From: Octopus sinensis
Lineage: Eukaryota
Assembly (NCBI RefSeq): GCF_006345805.1
Contig: NC_043017.1
Coordinates: forward strand, 32,674,001-32,738,000
Reading direction: 5' to 3'
Length of the DNA: 64,000 nucleotides
Position 1 is the first letter of the stretch. Every line of letters begins with the position of its first letter. The notes beneath the pieces are model-generated. The model made no database searches, was not told the DNA's origin, and saw only the letters and a program-made list of their open reading frames with translations. This document shows positions 52,641 to 64,000 of this stretch, piece after piece. The position numbers were made by a program, and so were the translations under genes.

Positions 52641-52675
<35 letters not shown>

Positions 52676-52844
52676 CAAATATACATATAATATATAATAG
52701 ATAATATATATAATATATATATATATATATATAGATATATATAATATACATACATAATATATATATATATGTATATATGATATATATATATAAATATATA
52801 TATATATGTATGTAATAATAATATATATATAAATAATATATATG

Positions 52845-52884
<40 letters not shown>

Positions 52885-53513
52885 ACATGCACACACACAA
52901 ATGCACTCACAGACACAAAGGTGCACTAAAATAGCAGATATCCATCAAATAGACCCCTTTTCTATCCTCCAACATAAGCCCCCTGAACATATAGTACCCC
53001 TACACACACTCCATACCAACATAAATACTCCAAAGATTCTAAAGCAAAGAAAAACAAAACACACAGGTGCTTATGTTATCTTTGGGAACCTGCCACCACT
53101 TCCCCCACCCCTGAAACCCCTAAACATATATTGTACCACTGCACACATTCCGACTTTACATGAACACCAACCCCAAAACATACACACATTTCCAGAATAT
53201 TTTTGTCACCTTGCAACACCCACCAGAGACAGGTTTTCGGTGTCAAGGGAAATAACTCACAACATGACCCTTGCTATGTTCATTTTGTTGTCTTTTTCGC
53301 AACAACCACAAACTGCATATGCCTTTTCACCTCCAACCATGAAAAGCCATCACTATATTTTCTTCCAAAACTCCCATCTCTGAAGAGTGCAGTGTTCCAA
53401 AATCAGGCTGTTATCTAACACCCCAGGAAGCCGATTGGTAAGATTGATATAATAGCTACATGATAATGTAAAGTGTGGTTAATATGGTGTATATATATAT
53501 ATATATGTATATA

Positions 53514-53558
<45 letters not shown>

Positions 53559-53587
53559 ATATATATTATATATATATATATATATAT

Positions 53588-53991
53588 GAGTGCTGTGTGG
53601 TAAGTAGCTTGCTAACCAACCACATGGTTGCGGGTTCAGTCCCACTGCGTGGCATCTTGTGCAAGTGTCTTATGCTATAGGCCGGGCCGACCAAGGCCTT
53701 GTGAGTGGATTTGGTAGATGGAAACTGAAAGAAGCCTGTCGTATATATGTATATATATATATGTATGTGGGTGTGTTGTGGTGTCTGTGTTTGTTCCCCT
53801 AGCATTGCTTGACAACCGATGCTGGTGTGTTTACGTCCCCGTCACTTAGCGGTTTGGCAAAAAGAAACCAATAGAATAAGTACTGGGCTTACAAAAAGAA
53901 TAAGTCCCGGGGTCGAGTTGCTCGACTAAAGGCGGTGCTCCAGCATGGCCGCAGTCAAATGACTGAAACAAGTAAAAGAGTTACAAGAGAG

Positions 53992-54056
<65 letters not shown>

Positions 54057-54222
54057 TACGACAGGCTTCTTTCAGTTTCCGTCTACTAAATCCACTCACA
54101 AGGCATTGGTCGGCCCGGCGCTATAGCAGAAGACACCTGCCCAAGGTGCCACGCAGTGGGACTGAACCCGGAACCATGTGGTTTGTAAGCAAGCTACTTA
54201 CACACACAGTCACTCCTGCGCC
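53588..54222. mobile_element. SINE family A (+, 53588-53985) and a minus-strand 5' half (54040-54222)
   Basis: Consensus matches. Confidence 0.88.
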
Positions 54223-54429
54223 TATATATATATATATATAATATATATATATAATATATATATATTATTATATATATTCAAGTTTGGCCAAAAGTCACCA
54301 GGCAGTAAATCAGAATTCCATAATTACTTAATATTCAATTTAATAACTGAATGCTGTGAGTTGAAAATCACCATTTTTGTTTTCAACATATGTCTATTTA
54401 TTTGCGAAGTCTCATATGAAATAATTTTT

Positions 54430-54800
54430 TGAAAACACAACAACGCGAGGACATGGAACAAGTATAGTATTATTGGACACTCAGGAAAGAAGGAAAGAAG
54501 GAGGGTTTAATGTTTCGAGCAGAGCTCTTTGTCAGAAACATAGGAAAAGGAAAGATTCAAAGAAGGGAAGAAGGAGGAAAAAAATCGCCAATGGTACACA
54601 CCGCGGTCATGTTGTCAAATTTAATATTAAAAATTGAACAATTGAATATTATAAATAATAATAACAAACCTACATGAGGATGTACACAATGAATGTATTA
54701 GTTTGACGCTCAGTAAAAGTGGGAAAAAGAGTTGGTCTTTAACCCTTCAAGCATAGCTCTTCGTCAGAAATGAAACCAGAAAAGTCCAGAGAAGGAAAAA
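54430..54800 (-). mobile_element. Two family P1 hammerhead-bearing fragments
   Basis: Minus-strand motifs at 54505-54539 (CTGACAA..GAAAC) and 54738-54770 (CTGACGA). Confidence 0.65.
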
Positions 54801-54844
54801 TTTCACTAACGTTATATATATGTATACATGTATGTATGTATGTA

Positions 54845-55243
54845 TAAGTTAAGTTAAGTTAATTTTTTGGCTCAAAAAGCAGAAAGCAAGGCAATGTAGG
54901 GGGACATGGAGTTATGTACAGGGAGGGTGTTCATGCAAAAAGTTCAGGCCATTTCTGGTCAAGAGAGACTTTGAACCGAGTGGTCGTTGGCATCTTCACT
55001 ATCTCGTCCGGCAGCTTATTCCACGGATCCGCAACCCGGACAGAGAAAGCCCCTCTCCTTCGATTGAGATGAAATCGTCGCAGATAGAGCTTTTTGGAAT
55101 GACCCCACAGCCAACGCTCTGGAGCAGGAGTGAAGAGCAGCTCTTTCGAAAGATTACACTTTCCGCTTATGATGTTGTGAGCAAGAATGAGATCACACGG
55201 TGTTGTCGTTTTTCTAGAGAATAAAGGTCGAGCGTCTTCAGCC
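54845..55243 (-). mobile_element. 5'-truncated CR1/L2-type LINE 3' end with (TTAAC)n tail
   Basis: DLILAHNIISG...GHSKKL...HLNRRRGAFSVRVADPWNKLPDEIV..PTTTRFKVSLD; stop at 54931. Confidence 0.9.
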
Positions 55244-55274
55244 TTTATGTATGTATGTATGTATGTATGTATAT

Positions 55275-55490
55275 GTATGTGACCACGTGTGTTCCGTTGG
55301 TGATTTTTTTTCCTCTGTCTTGCCTTCTCTGGATCTTTCATTCTCCTATGTTTCCGACGAAGAGCTCCGCTCGAAACGTTAAACCCTCCTTCTTGCCTTC
55401 TTTCCTGAGCGTCCAATAATACTATATTTGTTCCACGTCCTCGCGTTGTTGTGTTTTTTTTGTGCTTTCTTGTTTGGATTAACTTTATAA
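55275..55490 (+). mobile_element. Family P1 fragment, inverted relative to 54430-54610
   Basis: Reverse-complement homology over about 180 bp. Confidence 0.7.
55350..55384 (+). ncRNA. Minimal type I hammerhead motif (dimer-type stem III ACGU)
   Basis: GTTT-CCGACGA-A-GAGC-TCC-GCTC-GAAA-C-GTT-AAAC; stem I GTTT/AAAC; U4 replaced by C in this copy. Confidence 0.65.
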
Positions 55491-56691
55491 ATATGTATGT
55501 ATGTATGCATGTATGTATGTATGTATGTATGTATGTATGTATGTATGTATGTATGTATGTATGTATGTATGTATGTATGTATGTATGTATGTATGTATGT
55601 ATGTTGTAATGTATGTATGTATGTATGTAGGTATGTATGTATGTATGTATGGATATGAATACAAAATGAGAAGAGAGAAGATGGAAGAAAGTTAAGAATA
55701 CAGCGAGAAAAGGATATAATTAGGGAACGAGATCTATGAATAACCATTATGTTGATAAGGATTGAAATTCAAGAAACAAAAATGACATAATGACATCTAG
55801 AAAAAGACAAAGATTAAGAAGTTGCAAAGCGAAGGCAATTACAGCACACTTCATATTCAGTTATGATATACAGAGTTTAAATTCATAGGTCAAGAGCTCA
55901 GGAGAACATTTAGAGCTACATTTCATGTATCCAAATAATAAAATATAGACAAAAACACTGACAGACAGTCATAAAAATACCAAATTGGCACGGAATTCTA
56001 TTTTCTAAAAATATAGCGACAAAGACGTATAAAAATGTAGACTGATAGATACATGTACATAGGCACATGCGTGGCTGAGTGGTAAGTGTAAGAAGCTTGC
56101 TTCCCAAACACGTAGTTCTGAGTTCAGTCCCACTACATGGCATCTTGGGCAAGTGTCTTCTATTATAGCATTGAGCTAACAAAAACAAAAGCCTTGTAAG
56201 TGGATTTTGTAGATGGAAACTGAATGAAGACTGTCGTGTGTGTTTGTGTGTGTGCGTGTGTGTGTGTGTGTGTGTCTGTCTGTCTGTCTGTCCACCAACC
56301 ACTGCTTCACAATCAGTGGTGGTGTGTCTACATCTCTGCAACTTAGCAGTTCAGCAAAATACATTGATCAAATAAGTATGAGGTTTAATAAAAGTACCGG
56401 GGTTGATTCTTTCGACTACAAACTCTTCAAGGCAGTGCCCCATATGGCCACAGCCTAATGACCAATCAGTAAAAAGATAAAAAAAAAGTTCTAAACACAC
56501 CCATATACACACACATGCATCATTGTTGTGAAATAAGCATGGCCGTTCGTTTCCAGTCTTCTGTGGAGAACATGTCTGACCATGGAAGACACTTGCTCAA
56601 GGTGCAGTGCAGTGAGACTGAACTGGGAACCATGTGATTGAAAAGCTAAGTTCTTACCACACAACCACACCTGCATCAATAAATTCATCTT

Positions 56692-57500
56692 TAAGGTGAC
56701 GAGCAGGCAGAAACATTAGCACACCGGGCGAAATGCTTAGCGGTATTTCGTCTACCGTTACATTCTGAGTTCAAATTCTGCCGAGGTCGACTTTGCCTTT
56801 CATCGTTTCGGGGTCGATAAATTAAGTACCAGTTACACACTAAAGGTGATGCTCCACCTTATTCCATTTGTCTGTCCTTGTTTGTCCCCTCTGTGTTTAG
56901 CCCCTTGTGGGTAGTAAAGAAATAGGTATCTTGCCTGTCTTGAAATGTTGAGTTCAATTTCTGCCAAGGTCGACTTTGCCTGTCATCCTTTCGGAGTCGA
57001 TTAAATAAGTACCTATTTCTTTATTACCCACAAGGGGCTAAACATAGAGGGGGACAAACAAGGACAGACATAGGTATTAAGTCGATTACATCGACTGCAG
57101 TGCGTCACTGGTACTTAATTCATCGACCCCGAAAGGATGAAAGGCAAAGTCAACCTCGGCGGAATTTGAACTCACAACGTAACGACAAGCGAAATACCGT
57201 TAAGCATTTCGCCCGGCGTGCTAACGTTTCTGCCAGCTCTCCACCTTAAATAAGTACCAGTTATGCACTGGGGCCGATATAATCGACTTAATCCATTTGT
57301 CTGTCCTTGTTTGTCCCGTCTGTGTTTAGCCCCTTGTGGGTAATAAAGAAATAGGTATTTCATTTGTCTTTAAATTTTGAGTTCAATTTCCGCCAAGGTC
57401 AACTTTGCCTTTCATCTTTCGGGGTTGATAAATTAAGTACCAGTTGCATACTGGAGTCAGTCTAATTGACTGCTCCCCTCCATGGAAATTTTGTGCCTTC
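56692..57500. mobile_element. Nested and inverted cluster of SINE family B copies
   Basis: Plus copy about 56692-57010, minus copy about 57011-57245, plus remnants to about 57500. Confidence 0.8.
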
Positions 57501-57540
57501 TGCCTAGAGCAGAAGAGGATACATTTATTTTTAATCAGCA

Positions 57541-57937
57541 GTAGTGGCTGTGTGGTAAGTAGCTTGCTAACCAACCACATGGTTCCGGGTTCAGTCCCAC
57601 TGCGTGTCATCTTGGGCAAGTGCCTTCTGCTATAGCCCCGGACCGACCAATGCTTGTGAGTGGATTTGGTAGACGGAAACTGAAAGAAGCCTGTCATACA
57701 TATGTATATATATATATAAGTGTGTGTGTATATGTTTGTGTGTCTGTGTTCGTCCCCCTAGCATTGCTTGACAACTGATGCTGGTGTGTTTACGTCCCCC
57801 GTCACTTAGTGGTTCGGCAAAAGAGACTGATAGAATAAGTACTGGGCTTACAAAGAATAAGTCCCGGGGTCGATTTGCTCGACTAAAGGCGGTGCTCCAG
57901 CATGGCCGCAGTCAAATGTCTGAAACAAGTAAAAGAG
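57541..57937 (+). mobile_element. SINE family A
   Basis: Near full-length match. Confidence 0.9.
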
Positions 57938-58269
57938 TAGTTAGAAACCTGTGTAATAACTTACACACGAACACGGAAACTTCTGATTCGATCTGATCAA
58001 GCTCTCCTTCTTCTCCAAAGAATATCTTATACAGGTTGCAATAATCTACTGACAGAAACTTTCACTTGCTCATCCCTGTTCGGTTTCTAAAAAAAACAAT
58101 TGTTTGAAAATATTTCTAAAGTTGGTCTTGATCAGCCAAAACCGACAAAAACCAGTCGACTTCGTAAGTATACTACTTCATAAATATTTCAGAGCATTTG
58201 CCCATTTATTTTTAGAATATATATGCATGTGTGCGTGTGTGTGTGTGTATATATATGTATATATATATG

Positions 58270-58482
58270 TATGCCGTCTGCCAGCCTCGTCTGGCACCTG
58301 TGTCGGTGGCACATAAAATCACCCACTACACTCTCGGAGTGGTTGGCGTTAGGAAGGGCATCCAGCTGTAGAAACACTGCCAGATCTGACTGGCCTGGTG
58401 CAGCCTTCAGGATTGCCAGACCCCAGTTGAACCGTCCAACCCATGCTAGCGGACGTTAAACGATGATGATGATGATGATGAT
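58270..58482 (+). mobile_element. Family D retroposon
   Basis: Shared body and (TGA)n tail. Confidence 0.8.
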
Positions 58483-58496
58483 ATATATATGTATAT

Positions 58497-58920
58497 ACTC
58501 TTTACTCTCTACTCTCTTTTACTTGTTTCAGTCATTTGACTGCAGCCATGCTGGAGCACCACCTTTAGTCGAGCAAATCGACCCCGGGACTTATTCTTTG
58601 TAAGTCCAGTACTTATTCTATCGGACTCTTTTGCCGAACCGCTAAGTGACGGGGATGTAAACACACCAGCATCGGTTGTCAAGCAATGCTAGTGGGACAA
58701 ACACAGACACACAAACATATACACATACACTTATATATATATATATACATATATACGACAGGCTTCTTTCAGTTTCCGTCTACCAAATCCACTCACAAGG
58801 CATTGGTCGGCCCGGGGCTATAGCAGAAGACACTTGCCCAAGATGCCATGCAGTGGGACTGAACCCAGAACCATGTGGCTGGTTAGCAAGCTACTTACCA
58901 CACAGCCACTCCTGCGCCTA
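58497..58920 (-). mobile_element. SINE family A
   Basis: Full-length reverse complement. Confidence 0.9.
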
Positions 58921-59509
58921 TATATATATATATACCTTTAAAGTATACTGGCTTCATTTCTTTCAAGCCTACACATGTGTTTGGCTGTCACGTCACAGCC
59001 CATGTTTCACTGCCATGTAGCATAGCTGTTCACACACAGGCCCGAGGCGCTATAGAAGAAGACACTTGCCCAAGGTGCCATGCCATGCATGTGGTTGCAA
59101 AGAAAGCTTCTTAGAAACAACCACACACCTGCATCTATGTACTAATTAGTATTCAATTTGATTGAACTATTATAAGGGTTAATTGCCTTGACATGGCATT
59201 CGTTGGAAACTATTCTAAGAATATACAGTCATTTTGTTCTCAGTTGCTTTTATCTGTATCCAGTCTGTTCTGGTAACAACTTATCATTTTTTTTTTATTT
59301 CCTTTGCAACACCACGTTTGACAGTCTTTTGTTTCTGTCTTTGTTGTTGGTTTGTTTGCTTGTTTGTTTGTTTGTTTCCAATCATTTTCCTTTCAAATTA
59401 ATCTTTTACCAAACAACAATGTTCTGCACTGCTTTTGTACTTTATCTCTGTCAAAATTAGTGGACTGATACATAGGCATATGTGGTCTGTGTAGGCATCG
59501 GTGTGGTGC

Positions 59510-59613
59510 ATATATATTATATATATATATATGCTTATACAAATATATATATATATATGTGTGTGTGTATGTGTGTGTGTGATTTTTGTTGATCTTACCA
59601 TCACAGAACAGTA

Positions 59614-59663
<50 letters not shown>

Positions 59664-59721
59664 AATAATATATACACACACACATATATATGCATATATA
59701 TATGCTATATATATATATATA

Positions 59722-59765
<44 letters not shown>

Positions 59766-59818
59766 ATATATATATTATAATATATATAATATATACACAT
59801 AATATATATGCTAATATA

Positions 59819-59851
<33 letters not shown>

Positions 59852-60228
59852 GTAGATATATATATGTATATATCATGATGATGATGATGATGATAATTAC
59901 TTAATATATATATATATATTAATATATATATATATATATAGATATATACATATATATGTACATATATATATATACATATATGTGTGTGTGTGCGTGTATG
60001 TGTGTGTTTGTGTGTGTGTGTATGTGTCTGCATATATATGTATATGTATGTATATGCATATATATACATGTACAACACACACATATCAATGGACATACAT
60101 ATATGTAAATATATATATATATGTATGCATGTGTGAGTGCATATATGTGTACATGTGCATATATACATATAAGTACATATATATGCACCTATATATATGC
60201 ATTTATGTACGTCTATGCACATATATAC

Positions 60229-60262
<34 letters not shown>

Positions 60263-60450
60263 ATATGTGTGTGTATATATAATATGCATTTATATATGTC
60301 TATGCACATATACAAGTATGTATATATATATAGGTATATACACACACACATATATATATCCATATATATAACATATACATATGTATGTATATACACATAT
60401 TTCTATATATATACATATATATTATATATATATCTATAATACATTATATA

Positions 60451-60486
<36 letters not shown>

Positions 60487-60752
60487 CATGTTTATATAAA
60501 TACATATATATATCATATATATATATGATATATATATGTATTTATATAAACATGTATTTATACATATATATATTTATGTATATATATGTGTGTATATACA
60601 TACATATGTTCATGTTTATATATGTATATATATGCATATATATATGTGTGTGTGTATATATATATACCTATATATATATATATACATATATATATGTATG
60701 TATGTATATATACATGTATGTAAATGTGTGTGTGTGTGTGTGTGTGTGTATT
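59510..60752. repeat. (TA)n/(TG)n compound microsatellite
   Basis: Direct inspection. Confidence 0.95.
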
Positions 60753-60915
60753 ATGTAAACTACAAACACAAATTGATTAATATTTGTAACCTTTGTGATC
60801 ATTCCACAGTCATTTATGGAGAAGGCAGGAAAAAGTAGCAGAAGCAGGAAGAGGAGGAGGAGGAGGAGGAAGAAATATGAATGACAGATAGACGGAGAGA
60901 CATACCAAGAATTGG

Positions 60916-60950
<35 letters not shown>

Positions 60951-62054
60951 TGCAAGGAGCGTCAGGAAGAGAGCGGAGAGGAGTAATAGAAATAAAAAAA
61001 AATGTCAATGACAGATAAAGAGACAGAGTGTGAGAGAGAGCAAATGAGAAGAAAGTGGACAGAGAAAAAATATGAGGTAAAAGAAGATGAGGAAAAAGTG
61101 ACAAAGGATTATAAAAATAAGTATGAATGATGGAGTGTATTTATGTTTCTATGTCTATGTATGTATATGTGTGGTCATGTGAGACTGTAAGACAAGCAGA
61201 AGTGAAGTAGACATGGGAAGTAATTGTCCAAAAGTCTAATGTAGGATACAAAATGGCACAAAAACGATTTTCTTCTTTAAAAACGTTTTTCGTTTTTGTT
61301 TTAATATATTCTTGTATATTTTTTTTTTTTCATATTCCTTTTTTTTTCATTTTGTTTCTTGGGTAACAAATGACTTTTCTTTCCTGTTTTTGGAAAAAGT
61401 GCCAAAAAAGAATAACAGATTGTTGCTTCTTGAATACAAAATCATTGAGAAATCATTGAAATAGAAAATGTGACCAACAAATAGGATTAATGGTGAATAT
61501 ATGAACTTATTTCCCATTCTTATCCTCGACAATTTTTCAAAGATATTTGTTCAATTCTTTTTTTGAAAGACTAAACATTGTTTTAAGTTGACCTTTAACG
61601 ATACTTTGGGATTTCCATTCTTTTTCTTTTTTCTTTTATCTTATAATTTTCAGTACTTTTTAATATTTTATCATCTTTAAGCAGACATGTTTTCCATACA
61701 CACACACATATATGCATATATCTATGCACGTGTGTGTATGTATATACATATATATATATGTATATGCGTACATATATGCATACATATATGTGGTGGGGAA
61801 GGCATGTGACAGTGGTTAGGGTGTTGCACTCATGATTGCAAGATTGTGGTTTCAATTCCTGAACTGGGCGGTGTTTTGTGATCTTCAGCCAAACACTTCA
61901 TATCATGCGGTTCCAGTTCACTCAGATGACAAAAATGAATAATCCTGCGATGAACGGGCATCCTATACAGCAGGAGGGGTGGATGGATGTATATGCTACT
62001 GAATATAGGAAATCGACCGTATGGGCCAATGGCTCAGAAGAGCGTTTGATCTTT

Positions 62055-62086
<32 letters not shown>

Positions 62087-62101
62087 TATATAAATATATT
62101 T

Positions 62102-62680
62102 ATCAAAATAAAAACATGATGCAAGGGATTTAGCGGTACATATGTTTCGGGTGTTTATTAGACGGTTTTATAACAATGCATAATTGATGTAAATGTGTGT
62201 CTATAGCCTTCTTCAGCCGCGTACAATTACTACTTCAAGGACATGTATTACATTATAAGTTTTACGTTGGGGATGCAAATCCTCATAGTCGCGTACGACA
62301 GAGTGGGGCACCAACACAAAATCGAAGCGTCCATCCCGCTTCTACATCGAGTGAAAAACGGGATGGATGCTTCGATTTTGTGTTGGTGCCCCACTCTGTC
62401 ATACGCGACTATGAGGATTTGCATCCCCAACGTAAAACTTATAATGTAATACATGTCCTTGAAGTAGTAATTGTACGCGGCTGAAGAAGGCTATAGACAC
62501 ACATTTACATCAATTATGCATTGTTATAAAACCGTCTAATAAACACCCGAAACATATGTACCGCTAAATCCCTTGCATCATGTTTTTATTTTGATTAATA
62601 TACTCTATCACCTACACCACTAAATGGTATTTACAGGTGCTTACAATTATCAAGTATTCACCCTGAATTTTTATATATAT
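62102..62680 (+). mobile_element. Palindromic Penelope-like terminal fragment, family P5 (237-bp arms, 20-nt spacer, unique tail)
   Basis: 62102-62338 versus 62359-62595 differ at two positions seen, both CpG-type transitions; flanked by (TA)n. Confidence 0.8.
62477..62564 (+). ncRNA. Type I hammerhead ribozyme motif with intact core
   Basis: GCGG-CTGAAGA-A-GG..TAGAC...GTCTA..CC-C-GAAA-C-ATAT-G-TA-CCGC; stem I GCGG/CCGC; palindromic ACAUAUGU stem III; predicted cleavage after GUA at 62560. Confidence 0.75.
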
Positions 62681-63289
62681 ATATATTAAAATAACAACAG
62701 ATGAATAACGGTACATTCACTATAGCTGTTTCAAACTAATTTTTGAATTAATGAAGAGAGATATTACATCATGTGAAAAAGAAACCTATTCCTCAGGTGA
62801 ATATATACAAATTACACATTCAAAACATTTCAAAAGTCACCAGTTTGTATCACTTCATGATTTCTTGACTGGTAATATATACATATTTACATACACACTC
62901 AGATATGTGTCCAAGCATACATGTACAACACACACACACGAACACAGCACCATCATCATCATCATCGTCATCATCATTCTCATACATTATATATGTGTGT
63001 TTCTATTTGCATTTCTCTGAAAATTGTTGAGCTATAAATCATGGTGGTGTTGTCATTTTCTCAGTCAAAAGGTAGTCTACTGACTCTGAGCTTCCGAACA
63101 GGTATGGAAATATGGTTAAAAGACCTTTTATTTGAAAAACATTTAAGGGTTAGTAGCAGGAAGGCCATTTGGTTGTAAAGCTTATCACAGTAAGGTGATA
63201 ATGTATCATTGATAATGTATTCATAGATGTCCACAGAGGAAAAAAATGTAAAAACCTGAAAAAATACATTCCCATGTGTGCGTGTGTGT

Positions 63290-63322
<33 letters not shown>

Positions 63323-63502
63323 CATAGGTACAGGATTTAGCAATGAGGTTGGGGTTGCACACATGATTATAATGTTGTGGTTTAAGTTCCTGGATCTTGA
63401 ATAGAACACATCATTTTTTATTTATTCCAATCCATTCATCTGGCAAAAATGAGTAGCCCTGTGGACTGACATCCCATCCAGAGAGCAATATATAAGCTAC
63501 AG

Positions 63503-63700
63503 CAGTGGTTCCCATACTTTTTAGAGCCACGACCCACTATTTATCACACCAGTTTATGACGACCCACTTAACTCTACTGAACTATCTCAATAGACAGCAG
63601 TTAATCAAAGCTAATGCGTAATTTTATAACTTTTTGCAACCCACTAAGATTCCGTTCGTGACCCATCTGTGGGTCGCAACTCATAGTTTGGGAACCACTG
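63503..63700. mobile_element. hAT (Charlie/Buster-type) MITE
   Basis: TIRs CAGTGGTTCCCA/TGGGAACCACTG; 8-bp TSD AGCTACAG at 63495-63502 and 63701-63708 with central TA. Confidence 0.92.
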
Positions 63701-63809
63701 AGCTACAGAGTCCAGGAAACCAGCCTTAGGAGCATGCATACATAAATATAGGCATATATATATATATATATTATATATATATATGTGTGTGTGTGTGTGC
63801 ATGCATTTA

Positions 63810-63831
63810 TACGAGGGAGTGCTGAAAAGTT
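63810..63831 (+). mobile_element. Solo mariner-like TIR remnant
   Basis: TACGAGGGAGTGCTGAAAAGTT resembles mariner termini; lies between 30-bp direct repeats at 63726-63755 and 63830-63859. Confidence 0.4.
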
Positions 63832-64000
63832 AGGAGCATGCATACATAAACATAGGCATTTTCTTTGGGGCTGGCCAGATCGGAGCAATCTCAAGATTAA
63901 TCAGCCGAAATTGCGAAGATGATCCGGTTCTTGACTGAAGAGTGAAGGCTTTGAATGTCCTGTCCGTGTTTTTTGTATCGTCTTCTAAATGTTTCACATT

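Noticed and set aside
62197-62484. Mirror-image ORFs on both strands (62243-62449 + and 62248-62454 -)
   Set aside because: A consequence of the palindrome; no recognisable domain.
63860-64000. CAGCCGAAATTGCG and CTGAAGAG boxes near the window end
   Set aside because: Boxes are in the wrong order for one type I hammerhead and the element is cut by the window edge.

Overview
AT-rich, microsatellite-saturated animal genomic DNA. The repeat complement (dense tRNA-derived SINEs with internal TA/CA tracts, RTE, Dong/R4, CR1, Tc1, hAT, piggyBac-type MITEs) is most consistent with an octopus, intronic or intergenic; this is an inference, not a database match. No host protein-coding gene could be established, and almost all listed ORFs are translations of microsatellites or SINEs. 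Supported content: about 50 SINE copies in five families, LINE and DNA-transposon fossils, several MITEs with target-site duplications, and a 28S rRNA fragment on the minus strand. The main unexplained signal is a set of unrelated palindromic inserts (antisense arm, short spacer, sense arm, unique tail), mostly sitting in (TA)n or (TAA)n tracts. At least five different sequence families of these carry a minimal type I hammerhead ribozyme (stem I, CUGANGA, stem II, GAAA, short or self-complementary stem III, NUH), the form known from Penelope-like retroelement termini. One is fused to a tRNA-like Pol III head (5611-6185), i.e. a hammerhead-bearing SINE-like element. Another is a 488-nt circularly permuted monomer resembling a retrozyme (46043-46723). 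All folds were read by eye and need computational and biochemical confirmation; SINE boundaries are approximate.
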